Positions 11,880 to 26,574 of a stretch of 64,000 bases of DNA are shown in pieces; position 1 is the stretch's first letter, and each line of letters starts with the position of its first letter. The notes under the pieces were generated by a model, which did not search any database, was not told the DNA's origin, and worked only from the letters and a program-made list of their open reading frames with translations. The stretch is from positions 108,545 through 172,544 of the forward strand of contig MCFE01000099.1 of assembly GCA_002104905.1 (NCBI GenBank). Reading direction: 5' to 3'. The DNA comes from Basidiobolus meristosporus CBS 931.73 (lineage: Eukaryota > Fungi > Basidiobolomycota). A program made the translations under genes and the position numbers.

Positions 11880-14800
11880 TCCAAAATGAACTCTTTGCCA
11901 TTACCACTCTCACTTGGAGCCCCACAGTTTGATGGAACAAATGTGGAAAGCTTCATATTTAAATAGGAGAAGCTCTGCAAGATGTGCAGCCTATCTGAAC
12001 AATAAATGGCTCAAGGCTTCCCCTACTACTGCACCAATAATAATACCACTAAGCTTCTCAGACAAGGAGATATTTGGACTAACTGTGCCTTAATGAAGAC
12101 CTACCTACAGACCAAGTATGGTAGACCCCAGATATACTATGGAATTGAAGACCTCAGAAACTTTGGAAGGATTGGACTTTCCAAGCTACCACTGGAAGAG
12201 TTCATTCAAAAGTATGAAGATATGGCCAAGCCACTCCTAGAGTCCCAGGCTATAACTGAGTTTACCATGACACTTTACCTTGCACAAGGGCTTCCCCGGG
12301 ACTTGGCAAGGAAAGTTGACTTACATGCAGGCAAGGATGACAAGTCTGGCATTCCATGCTTTGCAGAGATAAAATGAGTTCTCCTAGAGACAATGCAGAC
12401 TTCCACCCTCATGAAACTTCTGAAGCCTAATCTACCAGACCAGTCAACCAAGGAACCAAAGAGTGCTGTTGCTGACAATCAGACTTACACTACCAACGGA
12501 ATTGATCAACTTGCTGAACAGCCACAAAAGCTAGCCCTCAAGATTAATGAGTCAGCTGAAGTAGCTACTGAGAGCCACAGACCTTAGCCCAGACACTGCA
12601 TCTGGTGTGACTCTACTCAGCATGCAACAAGAGAATGCTCAGAGCTTAGTCAGCTACCTAGAGAAGGAGGTGTGCAGTTTGTTGCTGATGGAATGCTTGC
12701 TGACAGGGAAGGAAGAAGGATCCCCTTCAATTTCCAAGGAGGAGGGATGAGAGCTCTTTTCCATAAATCTGACTCAGCAACCAGAAAGTTCACTGTTGAT
12801 GCCCCTATTGGGACTCATACAGTGAATCCAAGCAGCCCTGACAACAGAAAATATAAAGTTGATGCCATAGCTACCAAAAGACACCTCCCTGAAGAACCTG
12901 CCAAACTCATGCTTAGAAGACCACAATTTGAAGAGCCTGAGGTTATCATTGACAAGAGGGCTGGTGTACTGCCCACCCAAGATCTGTTGCCTCACTTTTG
13001 GATGACCTCAAAGATAGCAAGCTAGTCAAGCCCTCAAATGACTTCTCAGAAGCTGCTGAAGCAGAACCTCACTTTGTTGGTTGGAGAAATCATGAGTGTA
13101 TCCCCATCTGTTAGGAACACCTTTGATGAGCAGCTTAGAGCAAGACAATAGGCTGTTGAACATATGGACACCTATATAATTCAGACAAGCCATGAAGACC
13201 ACCAAAAGGATGACAACACTACTGAATATAAGACCTTTACTCAGTTGCAACTGCTGTGGTGAAAGGATATATATATAATGACCTTGTTGACTGCCATATT
13301 AACAGTCGCTCAGATATTTGTGTTATGCCACTAGACTTTTGGAAAACACTTAGAAGCAAGGAGCTACTGCCTGTTGATAGAGATATTGGATGGAACATGA
13401 CTATTGCAAACACAGGATCTAGTCCACTGTAATGGAGTGACAGTGACACCCACTGACAGATGTGCTCATTCCCATTTTTTCTACTTCCCTATATCTTGAC
13501 CACACTTATTTTAGTTTTATCCCATTTATCTTACCTGATCAGTACTATCCCATAAGCCGGTTGACTATCACACCTGCTTACCTTATTGAATAAGTTATTC
13601 CTCACTTTATATAAATTACTAGCTATAAGTGCTTTTATATTAGGCAAGTACCGCTGCCAGTACCTGTGACACATGATCAACCTGTATCACCATCCCTACC
13701 ATTTCCATACCATATATGGTATCCCTATATTACACAGGTTTCAGAGTCCTGATTCCTGACTGGTTGGATGTGCTATGCCTCTTAGAACCCTCCGTCACCT
13801 ACTTAGAGCATTCTTAGGTCATTCTGATGTCATTAAGATTTCTATTGATATCTAGAACCTTCTGGAACACCATGATTAGTTTTCTATCAATATCTGGAAC
13901 CTTCTGGAATACAATGTTTAGTAATCACTTAGCCAGTAAGAGAAGTATATAAGGGAGGTATCCCTCAACAATAAAATCATCATCCCTTTTATCAATATAC
14001 CAACTTGTTGATTAGTGTGATCACCGCTACCTGCTGCTACCTGAACTTCCAACCCCAGACCACAGGACACTCCCCAGAAACTGCGCTGACAGCCAACTGA
14101 CCTTGGAGGCACTACTTGTGAGGAATACTCAGAGTAGGTATCTTTTATTATATTAGACTCTTTCCCAAGTTTGTTCTTGTACAGGCAAAGATATTTCTCT
14201 ATCTTTGTAGCTATTGGCCACAGCTGCATTCTTATCTAGTCCCTGCTGGTGGAGTTTACAGTTGTTTTGACTTTGGAAGCTTTAGTACATTGTCATCTCA
14301 AAGGATGCTGAACCCAGCACATACTTTTGTTAAGATGCCAACTAAGTTGGGGATTGTAGCTCAATAATTTTCCCTTGACAAGCTTGTGGCTTTATTCCCC
14401 TTCACATTAGATTAGAGACAGGGCCCAAGTATTCCTAGCAAGCTTTTACCGGAGGTTATTGCACCCAGTGAACACCCCACACACAAAACACTTGAGAAGT
14501 ATTGGACATATCTCTCCCTTGGACCTATACACCACCACACCGCTCTATGGTGTAGTCACAGGTTCCTTATTGAGCTACAAGGAATCAAGGTCTGGCTTCC
14601 CCTCTTTATCTGCCAGAAGGCAAACCTTGACCTTCTGCTAGGCAGACCATGGGAGACCAGAACCAAGGCTAGAACTACCAATTATTCTGAAGGATCAGTG
14701 TGGTACACTATAGAACATTCAAACCCTGGGCTACAGTCAATGTTCCATGGTGTAACAGCCAACAATAAGAGGACACATACTGCTTGCCAGAAGACACATC

Positions 14801-16200
14801 TTGTTATAGAAGAAGATGAGGATCCTTAAAATACACACCCAAACATTTGGAGCTGCTCATTAGGTATACAGGAGCAGACAGCCATAGTTCAAACAAAATA
14901 AAAGACAGTTGAACAGATGATTAGACCATCACCTACACCTTTGACTGATGGATCTTGACCTGCTGATTACATTAGACCACCAGAAGAAACACCAGAAGAT
15001 ATACAACTTACACCTGAGAGACTTAAGCAACTTATCATTGGTGATGGAAACCTAACATCAGATGAGATCCTATTATTTGAAGAAACCTTGAAAAGGCATG
15101 ATAAGGTCTTCTCATATAATGACAAGGAGATGAGACTCCTAAAGACATTGGTTGAAAAACCTATCAAGATCCATACAGTGCCCCACACACCCTGTTCATT
15201 TAAGCCTTACCCACTACCCAGAGGACTCCAAGCTGATGTGCATGATGTACTTAAGAAGAGGATTGATGCTGGTATCCTAGAGCCTTGCCATGGACCTTAT
15301 GCTAACAGATGGTTTGTGACTAAAAAGAAGAATGGAAAGCTCCAATTTGTTCAAGACATGCAACCTGCCAATGCTGTCACTATCAGAGATGCTGCTATAC
15401 CTCCATCTAGTGATGACTTTGCAGAAAGCTTTAGTGGGCACTCCATCTACTCAACATGCAATCTCTACTCAGGATATGACCAGATCCCCTTGATGAGACA
15501 TCAAGAGATATGTTTGCACTCCAGACACCATTTGGACTGTTGAGAATGACAAGACTCAGCCAAGGGGCTACAAACTCTGTGGCTCAGCTCCTGCAATGCA
15601 TGGTGAATGTGCTGTACCAGTTTATACCTGAGAGACTTGCTGTTGTTGTTGATGATATATGCATTAAAGGCCCAAAAATCCAGGACACCACTGAAGTTAT
15701 GCCTGGAGAGAGAAAGTTTGTCTATGACCATATTTTACACTTTGTTGAGTCATGTGTGGCCTGCTAGAAGAGTTGCTGTAAGTATTATGAAGAACACTGC
15801 ATCCTACTTACACAATCTGTATATGGCAAAAGGTTGGTATTGATCTTGTCCAAATGCCAACTGCTGGATCAAAGAGATACCCAATTGTTGCTAGAGATTA
15901 CCTTTGTGGATGGGCAGAGGCTCAAGCCTTGCCCAACTACCAGAGCCATACCATATGGAGATTTTCCACAATAGTGTCCAACTTGCCAGGAATCCTCCAC
16001 CATTGGGGGGAAATATTGCTTGCCCTCCAGATATACTCCTGTAATACCCTGTATAAAGAAGCTCATGCAGTCCAACAAATATTGTGAAGCTATAAAGTAC
16101 CACACTCAGTAATTATCAAGTGCAAACATATCAGTTATATTTGATTGCAAACATTACAAAAAGCTAGGAAGCAATGGCTACTTGGAAGGTCTGTATGACC
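11880..16200 (+). mobile_element. Degenerate Ty3/gypsy gag-pol
   Basis: Gag start APQFDGTNVESF; CCHC knuckle CIWCDSTQHATREC at about 12596-12640; aspartic protease at about 13280-13427 continuing after 14540; RT (GILEPCHGPYANRWFVTKKKNGKLQFVQD, VVVDDICI) at 15088-15767; integrase piece (IVARDYLCGWAEAQAL). RNase H and the 3' LTR were not found. Confidence 0.9.
13428..14539 (+). mobile_element. Solo LTR of the same gypsy family inserted in the protease region
   Basis: TG...CA termini; flanks CCAC and CCGC; the host frame rejoins as GSSPL|YGVVTG. Confidence 0.85.
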
Positions 16201-17733
16201 ATACCATTGCCTCAGCACTTGATGGATCCTCAATAAACTAGTTCTCTACCAGCAAATCCTGCTGGCCACTGATTCTGATAAACCTGAATTTACCACCTAT
16301 CTTATGGTATCAGAGACAAAATCTGATTGTAGTCTCACTGGTATCTGGGCCTAAATCACCACCCAACCTGAATAGCTACCTGAATCCATTGCTGGATGAA
16401 TTTGCATCCTTTCCAGTAGGATAGCAGTAAATGGCTGTCATGTAAAAGTACATATTATTACCTGCATTGGAGATACCCCAGCCATCAGCAATATGGCCAG
16501 CTTTCCTGGGCACAATGGACAGTATTGCTGTCAAATATGTGAGATCTAGGTGACTTACTCCAAAACTCACACACATTATTATTTCTTAAACACCAACACT
16601 AAGAACATCATCTTTCCACAGAAAGATTGTACAGAAGTCAGCATGGAATTGCTGCAAAGTTGGCAAGCTGTAAGCAATTGGCCAGAATATCAAGTTAATT
16701 GCAAACCAGGGATACTTAAGATAAAAGGTATTTGTTGGAGCAAAAGCTTTCCACTGGGAGCAATGCATTTGCTTTTCAACAATATCCCTATACTGATGGC
16801 CAAGTTGTACATGGGGCATTTCAGCTAAATGAATCCTTTGAGATACTAGAGAAACTTGAAAAATTGGCAAGATATTAAAGAGTATCTGATACCCTAAGTA
16901 CTTCTCACATGCTCCAATCAATATTGATATGCATATGCAACAATAGTAGTACAAGGTTTGGATGAACTGGATATGTATTTATTCAAGTGGCCTTCTGAAG
17001 TCATTCCTACCAAGAATACATTGAAAGCATTGGGAGTTATATGTGGACATTGAAGGAATATTTATCCAGAAGCAGATCACCAATGCCAACTTAATACATC
17101 TACCACTTCTGTGTGAAGAGTTTGTGACCAGATTTGAGTGGCTATACTACAAACATAAAGCTGAACACATAGTCCTCTGCTGCTACTGTATCTCTTTGTA
17201 CTCCATCATGCTTGGTGTGCTGGGAATATTGAACCTTGCTTCACCTTTTGGGAGTCTCCTATGGAGCAGATGTGTGGGGAGATAGGAAGACAAGTCAAGT
17301 TGCAGGTACTACCATATCCAAATCTCATCAAGAATATTACCTTCATGTTTGTCATGGATGTGATGAGTTAGCACATGGAGGGCAGCCAGGAAGAGTTGGA
17401 AAATATTGCGGACAGATGTGCACATGGAGACACCTATGCCATTGGCATCAAAACAATAAGCAGCCCCAATGTGTGGGTAATCCGTTAAGTAATGCAAAGT
17501 TGGGCTGGGTGTAATAAGCAACTAACTTTTATTAGGAAAACTCTACCAAGGTGTGCCAGATTTCTCTTGGTCACAAACCAATTTCTACAACATTCAATAA
17601 AAAATCACACAAAGAAGAGCCAGGATGCACCTATGAGGGGGGCTAGAATCCAGCAGGGAGAAGGAATATATTGGATATATATCAAAAGGTTCTTTGCAAA
17701 TATATAGGAGGCACTCATGGCAGAAGTGGTAGC

Positions 17734-20700
17734 TGTTGTAAGAGTCTTGGGGATATCGGAAGTGACTTGGAGAACAAGTAGATTATGTGGTTTTTACTTA
17801 ATGATTGATTGAATGTAAAAGTAGTATTTATACTTTTACATGGTCATGGCATAAAAAACACATAGAATAGGTTAAGGAAGGTCCAATGAGCATGTGTGCA
17901 AAGTTCGGGGCTGTTTGGACAACTTTGATAATATTCATGTTCTGAGTACCTGGTATTTTGGTGAAAATATTCAAGGTAAACCCCAACAAGGAATTTGGTC
18001 AGTATTCTCTAGGATTTGAAGGTAATGATCTAAGTGACTAAGCTAGGTGAATATTTAGGTGGAATTCCGAATCTTTACAACACTCCCACTCAGCTAAATG
18101 CTCATACTGATTAGTCCTAATTTTGACCTAAGATATTCAAACTTGTCTCTAACTAATGGTTTGGTGAATATGTCTGCAATCATTTCATCTGTAGGACTGT
18201 AAACTAAGCTAACTCAGTTACTCTCTATAGCTTCACATATGAAATTATGTCTAATATCTATGTGCTTGGCTCTAGCATGATAGGTTGGATTTCTACCTAA
18301 TAGTATATATCCTTGATTATCTTCAAATAAAGCAATAGACATTTTTTGACATAGGCCTAAATCTGTAAAAAGCTTTCTTAACCGCATTGCTTCTTTTGTA
18401 GCTTCACAGGCTGCCATATACTCTGCCACTGTGGTAGAAAGTGCTACAGTTACTTGCTTTCTTGAATTCTATGAAATTACTCCTTGACAATAAAGAAAGG
18501 TGTATCCTGTGGTGGATCTTCTGTCTTCCAATTTTGTCCCCAATCAGCATCAGAGTATCTCACATGGTCCTGTTCTGAATCCTTATAAGTGTATCTTAAG
18601 CAGATATCAGCAGTTTCTTTTAGGTATCTAAAAATCTGCTTAACTGCTGCAATATGATCAGATCCATAGTACTGATTATGTTGGCTGACAACTCCCACTG
18701 AATATGAGATATCTGCACATTTTCCAAGCATGATATACATCAGACTGCCAACCATAGACTGATAAGGGAAGTCATGGCTTTCAGATGGCACCAAGCTCTC
18801 TTGATTTGGCTGAGTTTTGACCAAGTTAAGGTTTGTCTCCATTGGGGTAGCTGCCGGTTTACAGTCTTCCATTTTGTACTTCTTTAGTATATCTTGAATA
18901 TACCTGGATTGGCTTAGGGTAATAGTCTGGGTACTTCTGTCTATTGGGAACGTAATCCCTTAGTAGTAACTGAGTTCTCCTAGATTGGACATCTTGAACT
19001 CCTTAGATAGGCTTGATTTAGTCACTTCCAATATTTCTGGGTTATTGGTGGCTGTAATAAGATCATCTGCATATAGAGCTAATAGAACTGGATTTGCTCT
19101 ATCTGGCTTAAAGTATATACTATAGTCAGCATTACTCCTTCTGAAATGCAAAGATTCCAAATAAGATTCTATCTTGCAATTCCAGGCTCTTGGTGATTGT
19201 TTAAGACCATGTAGAGGCTTTTTAAGCTTGCAGATCAAATGGGGTTATCTTGGTCAACACAACTATCAGGCTGGTCTATATACTCATCCTCATCAAGTCC
19301 TCCATTCAAAAATGCAGCTCTTACATCCATTTGATGCATAAAACCATATATTTGGCTGCAATATTAATCTAATGGAATTTTACTTGGCTACCAGTGCAAA
19401 GGTCTCAGTATAGTCAAGTCCTTTTCTTTCAGAGTATCCTTTGGCCGCAAGTCTTGCTTTGTATATTTCAATTGTTCCATCAGCTTTGTATTTTGTCTTG
19501 AAGACCCATCTGCATCCAATTGATTTTGGGTTGATTGGCAATTTGACTAAGTCCCAAGTTTGATTTTCCATTAGAGCCTGATATTCCTCAGTCATTGCAG
19601 ATCTCCAAAACCTTGTCTGAGGGCTATTTAGGGCCTCTTTTACAGTCTGGGGCTCATCAATATGGACTGAATAGGCACAGGATAAGTTTGTACCCTCATT
19701 GATATAGTAATTTGGGCTATTTCTTGTCCAATTGGATCTCTGGGCATTTGATACTGGAATGATCACTTCTGGGATATTCCTGGGCACTGATTCTGGCTGA
19801 ACCATGGTTGTAGAGTCCTCTGGAGTGTAAAAATCCTCATTGTTTTGCTCTGACTCAACCCTGACAATTGGTGGACTTGAGATCAGATTTTTGTCATCAT
19901 TTGATGTCATTTTTTGTGAGAATTTTGAATTTTCATCAAACAGCACATCCCTGGACTTGATTAGCTTCTTTGCTTTGGTATTGTAGAGTCTGTATGCTTT
20001 ACCCTCATTGCAGTAGCCCAAAAATATGCATTTTACACTTTTTGGCTCAAATAATGACTGATATCCAGTGAGTTTCTCAGCATATGCTGTACACCAAAAT
20101 ATTCTTAGATGTTCTGCACTTGGTCTGTAGCCATACCAAGCTTCAAATGGAGTAGAACCACCAAGTATACTGTTATAACTCTAATTTTTAAGATATATAG
20201 CATTGGCAACTGATTCTGCCTGAAAATCAAAGGATAATTTTTGATCATGGATCATAGATGTTGCCTTATCCATTATTGACCTATTAGCACATTCTGCTAC
20301 TCCATTTTGCTGTGGGGAGTATGGTACAGTAGTCTGTTGCTTTATCCCATGAATTTTGCAGAAGTGGATGAAGAGCTTTGAGGTATATTCTCCACCATTG
20401 TCAGACTGAATTTTCTTGATTTTTTCACCAGTTTCTCTCTCCACCATGGCTTTAAACTCTCTGAGCTTAGACAGAGCTTCTTCCTTTCTCTCCATGAAGT
20501 AGGCACATGTGTATCTTGTATAATTATCAATAAAAGTGATTAAATACTTCATCCCGCCTAAAGATAAATTTTGCATAGGTCCCCACAGATCTGAGTGAAT
20601 TTGATCTAATTTTTTCTTAGTTTTGATCAACCCAGAGCTCCTGAGCAATTGTCTGGCTAGTTTTCCATATATGCAGGCTTGATAGTGCTCCAAATTAGTT

Positions 20701-23700
20701 GGGGGATCAATTTTTACTCCAGAAATTAGCTGATCTTTGAGCATTTTGCACAAATAATCAAAATTGAGGTGTCCAAGTCCCCTGTGCCAAAGCATTGGTG
20801 TTTCTTCATCTAAGTTACTTATATTGGCTTCCAGATATGTTGGAATTCAAGTCAACTTGTATAAATTCTGATCTCTGATGCCCAAAGCAATATGAGCACC
20901 ATTTTGATCAGTGATCCTGCATCCAGATTTGTCAAAGATGAAACTGGGTCCTTCTGCAGTGGCCTTGCTTACAGATAGTAGGTACTTGGCTATTTCTGGT
21001 ACATAGAGTACTTCTTTAAAGGTCAGTGCATGGCTTCCTTCACTGCTTCTTAGGTTTACTTGGATAGTTCCTTCTCCCACTGCATCAAGTGTTCAATTGT
21101 CACCCATGAAAACCTTCTTAATTGGAATTTCTTGATATTGGGTAAAAAGTTATTTGTGGTGTGTTAAGTGTTGAGATGCTCCAGAGTCAATATGCCACGT
21201 CCAAGAATCCTTGTTTGTGGTCATATTTAGTACAGATATGAAAAGTCTATCTTCAGTTGTTGCAGCATTTTCATATTCAGGCTTTTTCTGCTGACTATCT
21301 TTCTTTTTGAAGCACTGGTGTGATGTGTGTTCCTTCCTTTTGCAGTAGTTACAAAACAGATTGCTGTTGCCATTGTAGGGTCTTGGGTACCTCCTTTGTT
21401 TGTTATAACTGGTTATTAAAGCATTTGCTTCTTCCTTCTTATTGGCATTTGATTTTCCTAATTCTTCATCCGGGAGCCTTCCATATGTTGTAAAGTTTGT
21501 ATTTCCACCTAAATATTCACCTAACTTAGTCACTTAGATCATTACCTTCAAATCCTAGAAAATACTGACCAAATTCCTTGTCAGGATTTGCTTAGAATAT
21601 TTTCACCAAAATACCAGGTACCCAGAACATGAAAATTCTCAAAGTTGTCCAAACAGCCCCAAACTTTCCATATATGTTCTTGGGACCTTCCTTAACCTAT
21701 TCTGCATGCTTGTTATGCCAAGACCATGTAAAAGTATAAATACTACTGTTACATTCAATAAATCTTTAAGTGAAAACCACAAAATCTACCTGTCCTCCCA
21801 ATCACCTCCAATATCTCCAAGACTCTTACAATAGGTGATGAGCCCCAAGCTGTCACTCTCTGCAATGTCTACCACTGCTATTACTGGAGTTTTCCCTCTG
21901 CTGAAAAGTTGGATGGATCTAACTACCAATTGTGGAAGGTGAAGATGAAGATGCTGCTACAAGCAAGAGGCCTTTGGGATATTGTCATGAGAGAAGAATG
22001 CCCTCCTATAAATGTGGGAGAGGAAGCCTTAAATTACCAGAAGAAAGAACAAAGTGCCTTTAACTGCATTTGCTCTAATGTTAAGGACAAACTACTAATT
22101 CAATGCTCAAGAGCAAAAATGGCAAAGAATGCCTGGAGGGCAATAGAAGACACCTACCAGTAATGCTCAGCTGCTAAGAGAATGTATCTGAGACAAAAAT
22201 TCTTTATTACAAAGATGCTGCCAGGAGAAGAAATAAAAAAATCTAATTAACAGCATTACCCTGCTGGTAGATGAGATGGAATCTGTGGGTGTACCAACTA
22301 CTGATGAGGATGTGATAGTTACCATCCTGAATAGCCTGAGAGATGAGTTTCAGGGCCTTGTATCAGCCCTATAGTCCAGAACTGACAATTTGACCTTATA
22401 TTATATATATGAAAGGCTCCTGGATGAAGAATTAAGAATATCAAGCATCAATAAGAAGGAAGAAGAAAATGCTTTAATAAGCAATGATAACCAACAAAGG
22501 AGGTACCCAAGACCCTACAAAGGCAACAGCAACCTGTTTTGTAACTACTGCAAAAGGAAAGGACACACATCAGACTGGTGTCTCAAAAAGAAAGATAGTC
22601 AGCAGAAACAGCCTGAATATGGAAATGCTGCAACAACTTAAGATAGACTATTCATATCTGTACTAAGTATGACCACAAACAAGGATTCTTAGACGTGGTA
22701 TATTGACTCTGGAGCTTTTCAACACTTTACACACCAAAAAGAACTTTTTACCCAATATCAAGAAATTCCAATTAAGAAGGTTTTCATGGGTGACAATTGA
22801 ACACTTGATGCAGTGGGAGAAGGAACTATCCAAGTAAACCTTAGATGCAGTGAAGGAAGCCATACAATGGCCTTTAAAGAAGTACTCTATGTACCAGAAA
22901 TAGCCAAGAACCTACTCTCTGTAAGCAAGGCCACAGCAGAAGGACTCAGTTTCAGCTTTGACAATTCTGGATGCAAGATCACTGATCAAAATGGTGCTCA
23001 TATTGAGTTGGGCATCAGAGATCAGAATCTGTACAAGTTGACTTGAATTCCAACATATCTGGAAGCCAATATAAGTAACTTAAATGAAGAAACCCCAATG
23101 CTTTGGCACAGGGGATTTGGACACCTCAATTTTGATTATTTGTGCAAAATGATCAAAGATCAGCTAATTTCTGGAGTAAAAATTGATCCCCCAGCTAATT
23201 TGGAGCACTGTGAAGCCTGCATATATGGGGAACAAGCCAGACAACTGTTCAAGAGCTCTGGGTTAATCAAAACTAAGAAAAAATTAGATCTAATTCACTC
23301 AGATCTGTGTGGACCTATGCAAAATATATCTTTAGGCAGGATGAAGTATTTAATCACTTCTATTGATGATTATACAAGATACACATGGGTCTACTTCATG
23401 GAGAGAAAGAAAGAAGCTCTGTCTAAGCTCAGGGAGTTTAAAGCCATGGTGGAGAGAGAAACTGGTGAAAAAATCAAGAAAATTCAGTCTGACAATGGTG
23501 GAGAATATACCTCAAAGCTCTTCATCCACTTCTGCAAAATTCATGGGATAAAGCAACAGACTACTGTACCATACTCCCCACAGCAAAATGGAGTAGCAGA
23601 ATGTGCTAATAGGTCAATAATGGATATGGCAACATCTATGATCCATGATCAAAAGTTATCCTATGATTTTTGGGCGGAATCAGTTGCCACTGCTGTATAC

Positions 23701-26574
23701 CTTAAAAATAGGAGCTATAACAGAATACTTTGTGATTCTACTCCATTTGGAGTATGGTATGGATACAGACCAAGTGCAGAGCATCTAAGAATACTTGCTT
23801 GTACAGCATATGCCAAAAAACTGGCCGGAAATCAGTCAAAATTTGAGCCAAAAAGTGTAAAATGCATATTTTTGGGCTACTGCAATGAGAGCAAGGCATG
23901 TAGACTCCACAATACCAAAGCAAAGAAGCTAATCAAGTCCAGGGATGTGTTGTTTGATGAAAATTCACAATATTTACAAACAATGACATCAGATGATGTC
24001 TAAAATTTGATCTCAAGTCCACTAATTGTCAGGATTGAGTCAGAGCAAAACAATGAGTATTTTTCACCCCAGAGGCCTCTACAACCATGGTTCAGCAAGA
24101 ATCAGTGCCCAGGAATATCCCAGAAGTGATCATTTCATTATCAAATGCCCAGAGATCCAATTGGACAAGAAATAGCCCAAGTTACTATATCAATGAGGGT
24201 ACAAACTTATCCTGTGCCTATTCAGTCCATATTGATGAACCCCAGACTGTAAAAGAGGCCCTAAATAACCCTCAGACAAGGTTTTGGAGATCTGCAATGA
24301 CTGAGGAATATCAGGCCCTGATGGAAAATCAAACTTGGGACTTAGTCAAATTACCAATCAACCAAAAGTCAATTGGATGCAGTTGGGTCTTCAAGACAAA
24401 ATACAAGGCTGATGGTACAATTGAAAGATACAAAGCAAGACTTGTAGCCAAAGCACACTCTCAGACAAAAGGATCTGACTATACTGAGACCTTTGCACCG
24501 GTAGCCAAGTTTAATTCCATCAGATTAATATTGGCTATTGCGGCCAAATATAAGTTTTTTATTCATCAAATGGATGTAAAAACTGCATTTTTGAATGGGG
24601 AACTTGATAAGGATGTGTATATGGACCAGCCTGATGGGTTTGTTGACCAAGATAAACCCCATTTAGTCTGCAAGCTTACAAAGTCACTATATGGTCTCAA
24701 GCAATTACCAAGAGCCTGGAATTGCAAGATAGAATCTTATTTGGAATCTTTGAGTTCAAAAGGAGTAATGCTGACTATAGTATATACTATAAGCCAGATA
24801 GAGCAAATCCAGCTCTATTAGCTCTATATGTGGATGATCTTATTATAGCCGCCAATAACCTAGAAACATTAGAACAGAGTAAATCCAGCCTATCTAAGGA
24901 GTTCAAGATGTCCAATCTAGGAGAACTTAATTACTACTTAGGGATTACGTTCTCCATAGACAGAAGTACCCAGACTATCACCCAAAGCCAATCCAATATA
25001 TTCAAGATATACTAAAGAAGTACCAAATGGAAGACTGTAAACCGGCAGCTACCCCAATGGAGACAAACCTTAACTTGGTCAAAACTCAGCCAAATCAAGA
25101 GAGCTTGGTGCCATCTGAAAGCCATGACTTCCCTTATCAATCTATGATTGGCAGTCTGATGTATATCATGCTTGGAAAATGTGCAGATATCTCATATTCA
25201 ATGGGAGTTGTCAGCCAACATAATCAGAACTATGGATTGGATCATATTGCAGTAGTTAAGTGGATTTTTAGATACCTAAAAGGAACTGCTGATATCTGCT
25301 TAAGATACAATTGTAAGGATTCAGAACAGGATCTTGTGGGATACTCTGATGCTCATTGGGGACAAAATTTAGAAGACAGAAGATCTACCACAGGATACAC
25401 CTTTCTTTACTGTAAGGGAGCAATTTCATGGAATTCAAGAAAGCAACCAACCATAGCACATTCTACCACAGAGGCAGAGAACATGGCAGCCTCTGAAGCT
25501 ACAAAAGAAGCAATGTGGTTAAGAAATCTGTTTACAGATTTAGGCCAATATCAAAAAATGCCTATTACTTTATTTCAAGATAATCAAGGATGTATACAAT
25601 TAGGTAGAAATCCAACTTTTCATGCTAGAAACAAGCACATAGATATTAGACATCATTTCATACATGAAGCAATAAAGAACAACTTAGTTAGCTTAGTTTA
25701 CTGTCCTGCAGATGAAATGATTGCAGACATACTTACCAAACCACTAGCTAGAGGCAAGTTTGAATATCTTAGGTCAAAATTAAGACTAGTCAGTATGAAT
25801 ATTTAGCTGAGTGGGAGTGTTGTAAAATTTGTATTTCCACCTAAATATTCACCTAACTTAGTCACTTAGATCATTACCTTCAAACCCTAGAGAATACATG
25901 ACTGGTAGGTGTCTTCTAATGCCTTCCAGGCATTCTTTGCCGTTTTTGCTCTTGAGCATTGAATTAGCAATTTGTCTTTAACATTAAGGCAAATGCAGCT
26001 AAAGGCACTTTGTTCTTTCTTCTGGTACTTTAAGGCTTCCTCTCCCATGTTTTTAGGAGGGCATTCTTCTCCCATGACAATATCCGAAAGGCCTCTTGCT
26101 TGTAGCAGCATCTTCATCTTCACATTCCACACTTGGTAGTTAGATCCATTCAACTTTTCAGCAGAGGGAAAAATTCCAGTAATAGCAGTAGTGGACATTG
26201 CAGCAAGTGAAAGCTTGGGGCTCATAACCTGTTGTAAGAGTCTTGGAGATATTGGAAGTGATTGGGAGGACAAGTAGATTATGTGGTTTTCACTTAATGA
26301 TTTATTGAATGTAAAAGTAGTATTTATACTTTTACATGGTCCTAGCATAGCAAACACACAAAATAGGCTAAGGAAGGTCCCAAGAGCATGTATGCAAAGT
26401 TTGGGGCTGTTTGGACAACTTTGACAATATTCATTTTCTGGGTACCTGGTATTTTGGTGAAAATATTTTGAGTAATTCCCAACAAGGAATTTGGTTAGTA
26501 TTCTCTAGGATTTGAAGGTGATGATCTGACTAAGTTAGGTGAGTATTTAGGTGGAATTACAAACTTTTACAACA
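17734..26574 (-). mobile_element. Ty1/copia element (outer), LTRs 26230-26574 (5') and 17734-18082 (3')
   Basis: About 345-349 bp LTRs with TGTTGTAA...TTACAACA ends; 5-bp TSD GTAGC (17729-17733, 26575-26579); PBS GGTTATGAGCCCCA on the minus strand next to 26229; polypurine tract next to 18083; gag, protease, GAG-pre-integrase/integrase, RT and RNase H ORF pieces. Confidence 0.95.
21486..25898 (+). mobile_element. Ty1/copia element (inner), same family, opposite orientation, 3' LTR truncated
   Basis: 5' LTR 21486-21833; PBS GGTGATGAGCCCCA at 21834; gag (DGSNYQLWKVKMKMLLQARGLW, CNYCKRKGHTSDWC), integrase 23098..24003, RT 24087..25015, RNase H 25027..25806; polypurine tract GAGTGGGAG 25809-25817; only about 80 bp of 3' LTR remain. 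Confidence 0.95.

Noticed and set aside
10683-14539. A complete short LTR element (TRIM/LARD) bounded by the two gypsy LTRs
   Set aside because: The second LTR has its own TSD and protease/RT sequence continues after it.
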